A stretch of 64,000 nucleotides of DNA from Schmidtea polychroa (lineage: Eukaryota), in the NCBI GenBank assembly GCA_044892525.1, contig CM097885.1, positions 4,650,001 through 4,714,000 on the forward strand. Reading direction: 5' to 3'. The notes beneath the pieces are model-generated. The model was given only the letters and a program-made list of their open reading frames with translations. It had not been told where the DNA came from and did not search any database. Within the stretch, counting starts at the first letter, position 1. The number at the start of each line of letters is the position of its first letter. Below are positions 61,892-64,000 of the stretch, in pieces. A program made the translations under genes and the position numbers.

Positions 61892-62869
61892 ATGAGTTCT
61901 TATATTCCTTGTAATAGAGGTGGTGGAACAATAAAAACAGGGTTTAATACAGAAGAAATATTAACTTTAACAGAAAATAAATATATTAATGAAAGAGGTG
62001 ATTCAATGAAGGGAGATTTAAATTTAAATGGACACAAGATAAAAGATTTATCTTTACCAATTGATGAAGGTGATGCTGCTAATAAAAATTATACTGATTT
62101 AACAACAACAAGAATTGAAAGTTCATTAACAACAAAAATTGATTCAATGGAATCAAAGCTTAATAATATCGAACAACGATTTAATGATAAATTTGACAAG
62201 TTACAAAGTCTGTTAACTGAACAAGTTGTAAAGTTAAATACTAGTATATTAAATTCTAAAGATAAACAAATTATGAATACTAAATTTAATACAATATATA
62301 ATATAATAAATGAGATGATTACATCATTTAATAAAAGACTTTCAAATTTGGAATCTCATACAACACACATTAACACCACACATAGTATTAGAAAAAGAGC
62401 TGCTGAATTAGAACAGAATAAAACATTATTACCCCATACATATAAACATTTTATAGAACCAACTTTAATAACAACAAATAGTAAAGAATGGAGTGTTTTT
62501 ATGGTTGTAAAGATTATTGATCCTTATTTCTTTTTATTTGATGATGATAATGAAAGAATGAAATGGTTTGTGAAATGTGATTATAATAGTAAGCTTGAAA
62601 AGGGTGATGTTATAATGACTAGTTATGATTTACCACACGGAGATTGGTATGTTAATACTCATTTACATGGACTACATAAAGTTAAAAGTAAGAAGATTAT
62701 TTTTAAAAGCACACTTGTACAATATATAGATTTAATATTTTATGAAAAAAAGGTTGATGTTGATGAAGTTCGTAAAGCATTGATGGAATTGTATAAAGAC
62801 ATTCTCTCAACAAGAGTCTCTTATGATATCCGAGTATTGGTACCAGATAATAAAGTCTTATTTTTTTAA
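61892..62869 (+). CDS. Putative fibre/spike-like protein
   Basis: GDSMKGDLNLNGHKIKDL..DAANKNYTD tail-fibre-type motif, then a coiled-coil stretch and a C-terminal domain; intact 325-aa ORF. Confidence 0.55.
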   Translation: MSSYIPCNRGGGTIKTGFNTEEILTLTENKYINERGDSMKGDLNLNGHKIKDLSLPIDEGDAANKNYTDLTTTRIESSLTTKIDSMESKLNNIEQRFNDKFDKLQSLLTEQVVKLNTSILNSKDKQIMNTKFNTIYNIINEMITSFNKRLSNLESHTTHINTTHSIRKRAAELEQNKTLLPHTYKHFIEPTLITTNSKEWSVFMVVKIIDPYFFLFDDDNERMKWFVKCDYNSKLEKGDVIMTSYDLPHGDWYVNTHLHGLHKVKSKKIIFKSTLVQYIDLIFYEKKVDVDEVRKALMELYKDILSTRVSYDIRVLVPDNKVLFF

Positions 62870-62877
62870 TTATTAAA

Positions 62878-63468
62878 ATGGAAGAAGTAAGAGAAGAAAA
62901 AATTTAACCAGAATTGTCATCAAGATATTATTCTTCCAAGGCCTCGGCTCCCACAGAACTTGAAATTATGAGAGTAAAAGAATTTAAATCAGAAACCTTA
63001 CATTTACAAGATTTATTAAAGCATTATAAAAAAATTAAAAATAGATGGAATAAAGGGAATACAGTTTTAAAAGTTATAGGTTATTCTTTAGGATTTGCAT
63101 CTGCAATATTAACAGTTATTTTACCTATAACTTTACCAGTTTTAACAATTGCACCTGTAATACTTGGAAGTATTTCAGTAGCTGATGGTTTCCTAACTGA
63201 AATAGTTTCACTATCTTATACTTCTAAAAAGAAAAGTTTATATCGTGAAGTTTGTTTACCAATAGAATTAGGAATCTCTAAATAATTTTTATTTCAATTA
63301 AAAGCTTTGGAAGATGGAATCTTAACTGATGATGAAATAATGAAATCAAATCAAATAATACAAGATATTAAAAATAATATTATTAGATTGAAAAGTGCTA
63401 ATGTTATAACTAATGAATATTCTAAAAAAATTAAACGGGAGAAATGGTTAAAGAATTCTTACTTATAA
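62878..63468 (+). pseudogene. Polinton-type two-TM membrane protein with two in-frame stops
   Basis: HYKKIKNRW followed by two hydrophobic segments and KALEDGILTDDE. Confidence 0.55.
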
Positions 63469-63624
63469 AATGGGTGTATTTTTAAAAAAGTAGATCAGGT
63501 TGCTATAGTTGCTTAAATTAATTGTCAACATTTTATTATTAAAAAATTAAATATCGTTGAAAGCCAACCTTTGAATCATTAATTTATGATCTTTAAATTC
63601 TTTATCACTTAGACCTTTTATATA

Positions 63625-64000
63625 TTAAGGATCAGTATTAAAATATTTAAGTTCTAAACATATAGGATTAAAAACTTGAGAATATAAAGGCTTCTCGATT
63701 TCTCTCTCGGGATAAATGATTTCAACATTATAAATATCAAGATCAGTAATTTTTGTATCATATAACTTATTCAACTTTTCTAGATTTTTTATTATCGGTA
63801 TTAAATTATTTCCTATAGGAAGAGTTGTCTTTAAATCACTTAGGATGAATCTCTTATCATCATAATTTGATAATGATACTTTTTGAGATTCTATCAAGTG
63901 AATATCATGGTTTTCGCTTTTAATCTGATGCACTTCATCAATTTTATCTTTATGATTTGGATTCAATGTATCTATATAATCTTGATGAGAAAGATTCTTT
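63625..64000 (-). CDS. C-terminus of the pPolB of element 2 (continues beyond the window)
   Basis: QIKSENHDIHLIESQKVSLSNYDDKRFIL..TLPIG matches the pPolB terminal DDKR motif. Confidence 0.75.
   Translation of the reverse strand, partial: KNLSHQDYIDTLNPNHKDKIDEVHQIKSENHDIHLIESQKVSLSNYDDKRFILSDLKTTLPIGNNLIPIIKNLEKLNKLYDTKITDLDIYNVEIIYPEREIEKPLYSQVFNPICLELKYFNTDP

Overview
This is AT-rich eukaryotic DNA with N runs that look like repeat masking. It is most likely from a spiralian, probably a triclad planarian (inferred from the Hox signatures, not verified). The host-gene core is a head-to-head Hox pair. A Lox5 gene lies on the minus strand (4 coding exons, 5440-25021; YSWM hexapeptide, Antp-type homeodomain, KLTGP parapeptide). 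A Post2-type posterior Hox gene lies on the plus strand (3 coding exons, 34648-37822). The 9.6-kb spacer between them holds clustered TCF/LEF plus helper-site motifs, which are candidate Wnt-response enhancers. An intronless tetraspanin lies at 44550-45218. Most of the rest is mobile DNA: a Ty3/Gypsy-like gag remnant, a 4-kb non-autonomous Polinton/Maverick with long TIRs and a perfect 6-bp TSD, two Penelope-like remnants with minimal hammerhead-like motifs, many hAT and piggyBac elements and MITEs, and two decayed Polinton/adintovirus-type endogenous viruses with different capsid modules (46040-53560; about 57244 to beyond the window end). All protein-family calls come from motif recognition by eye; no database searches were run.
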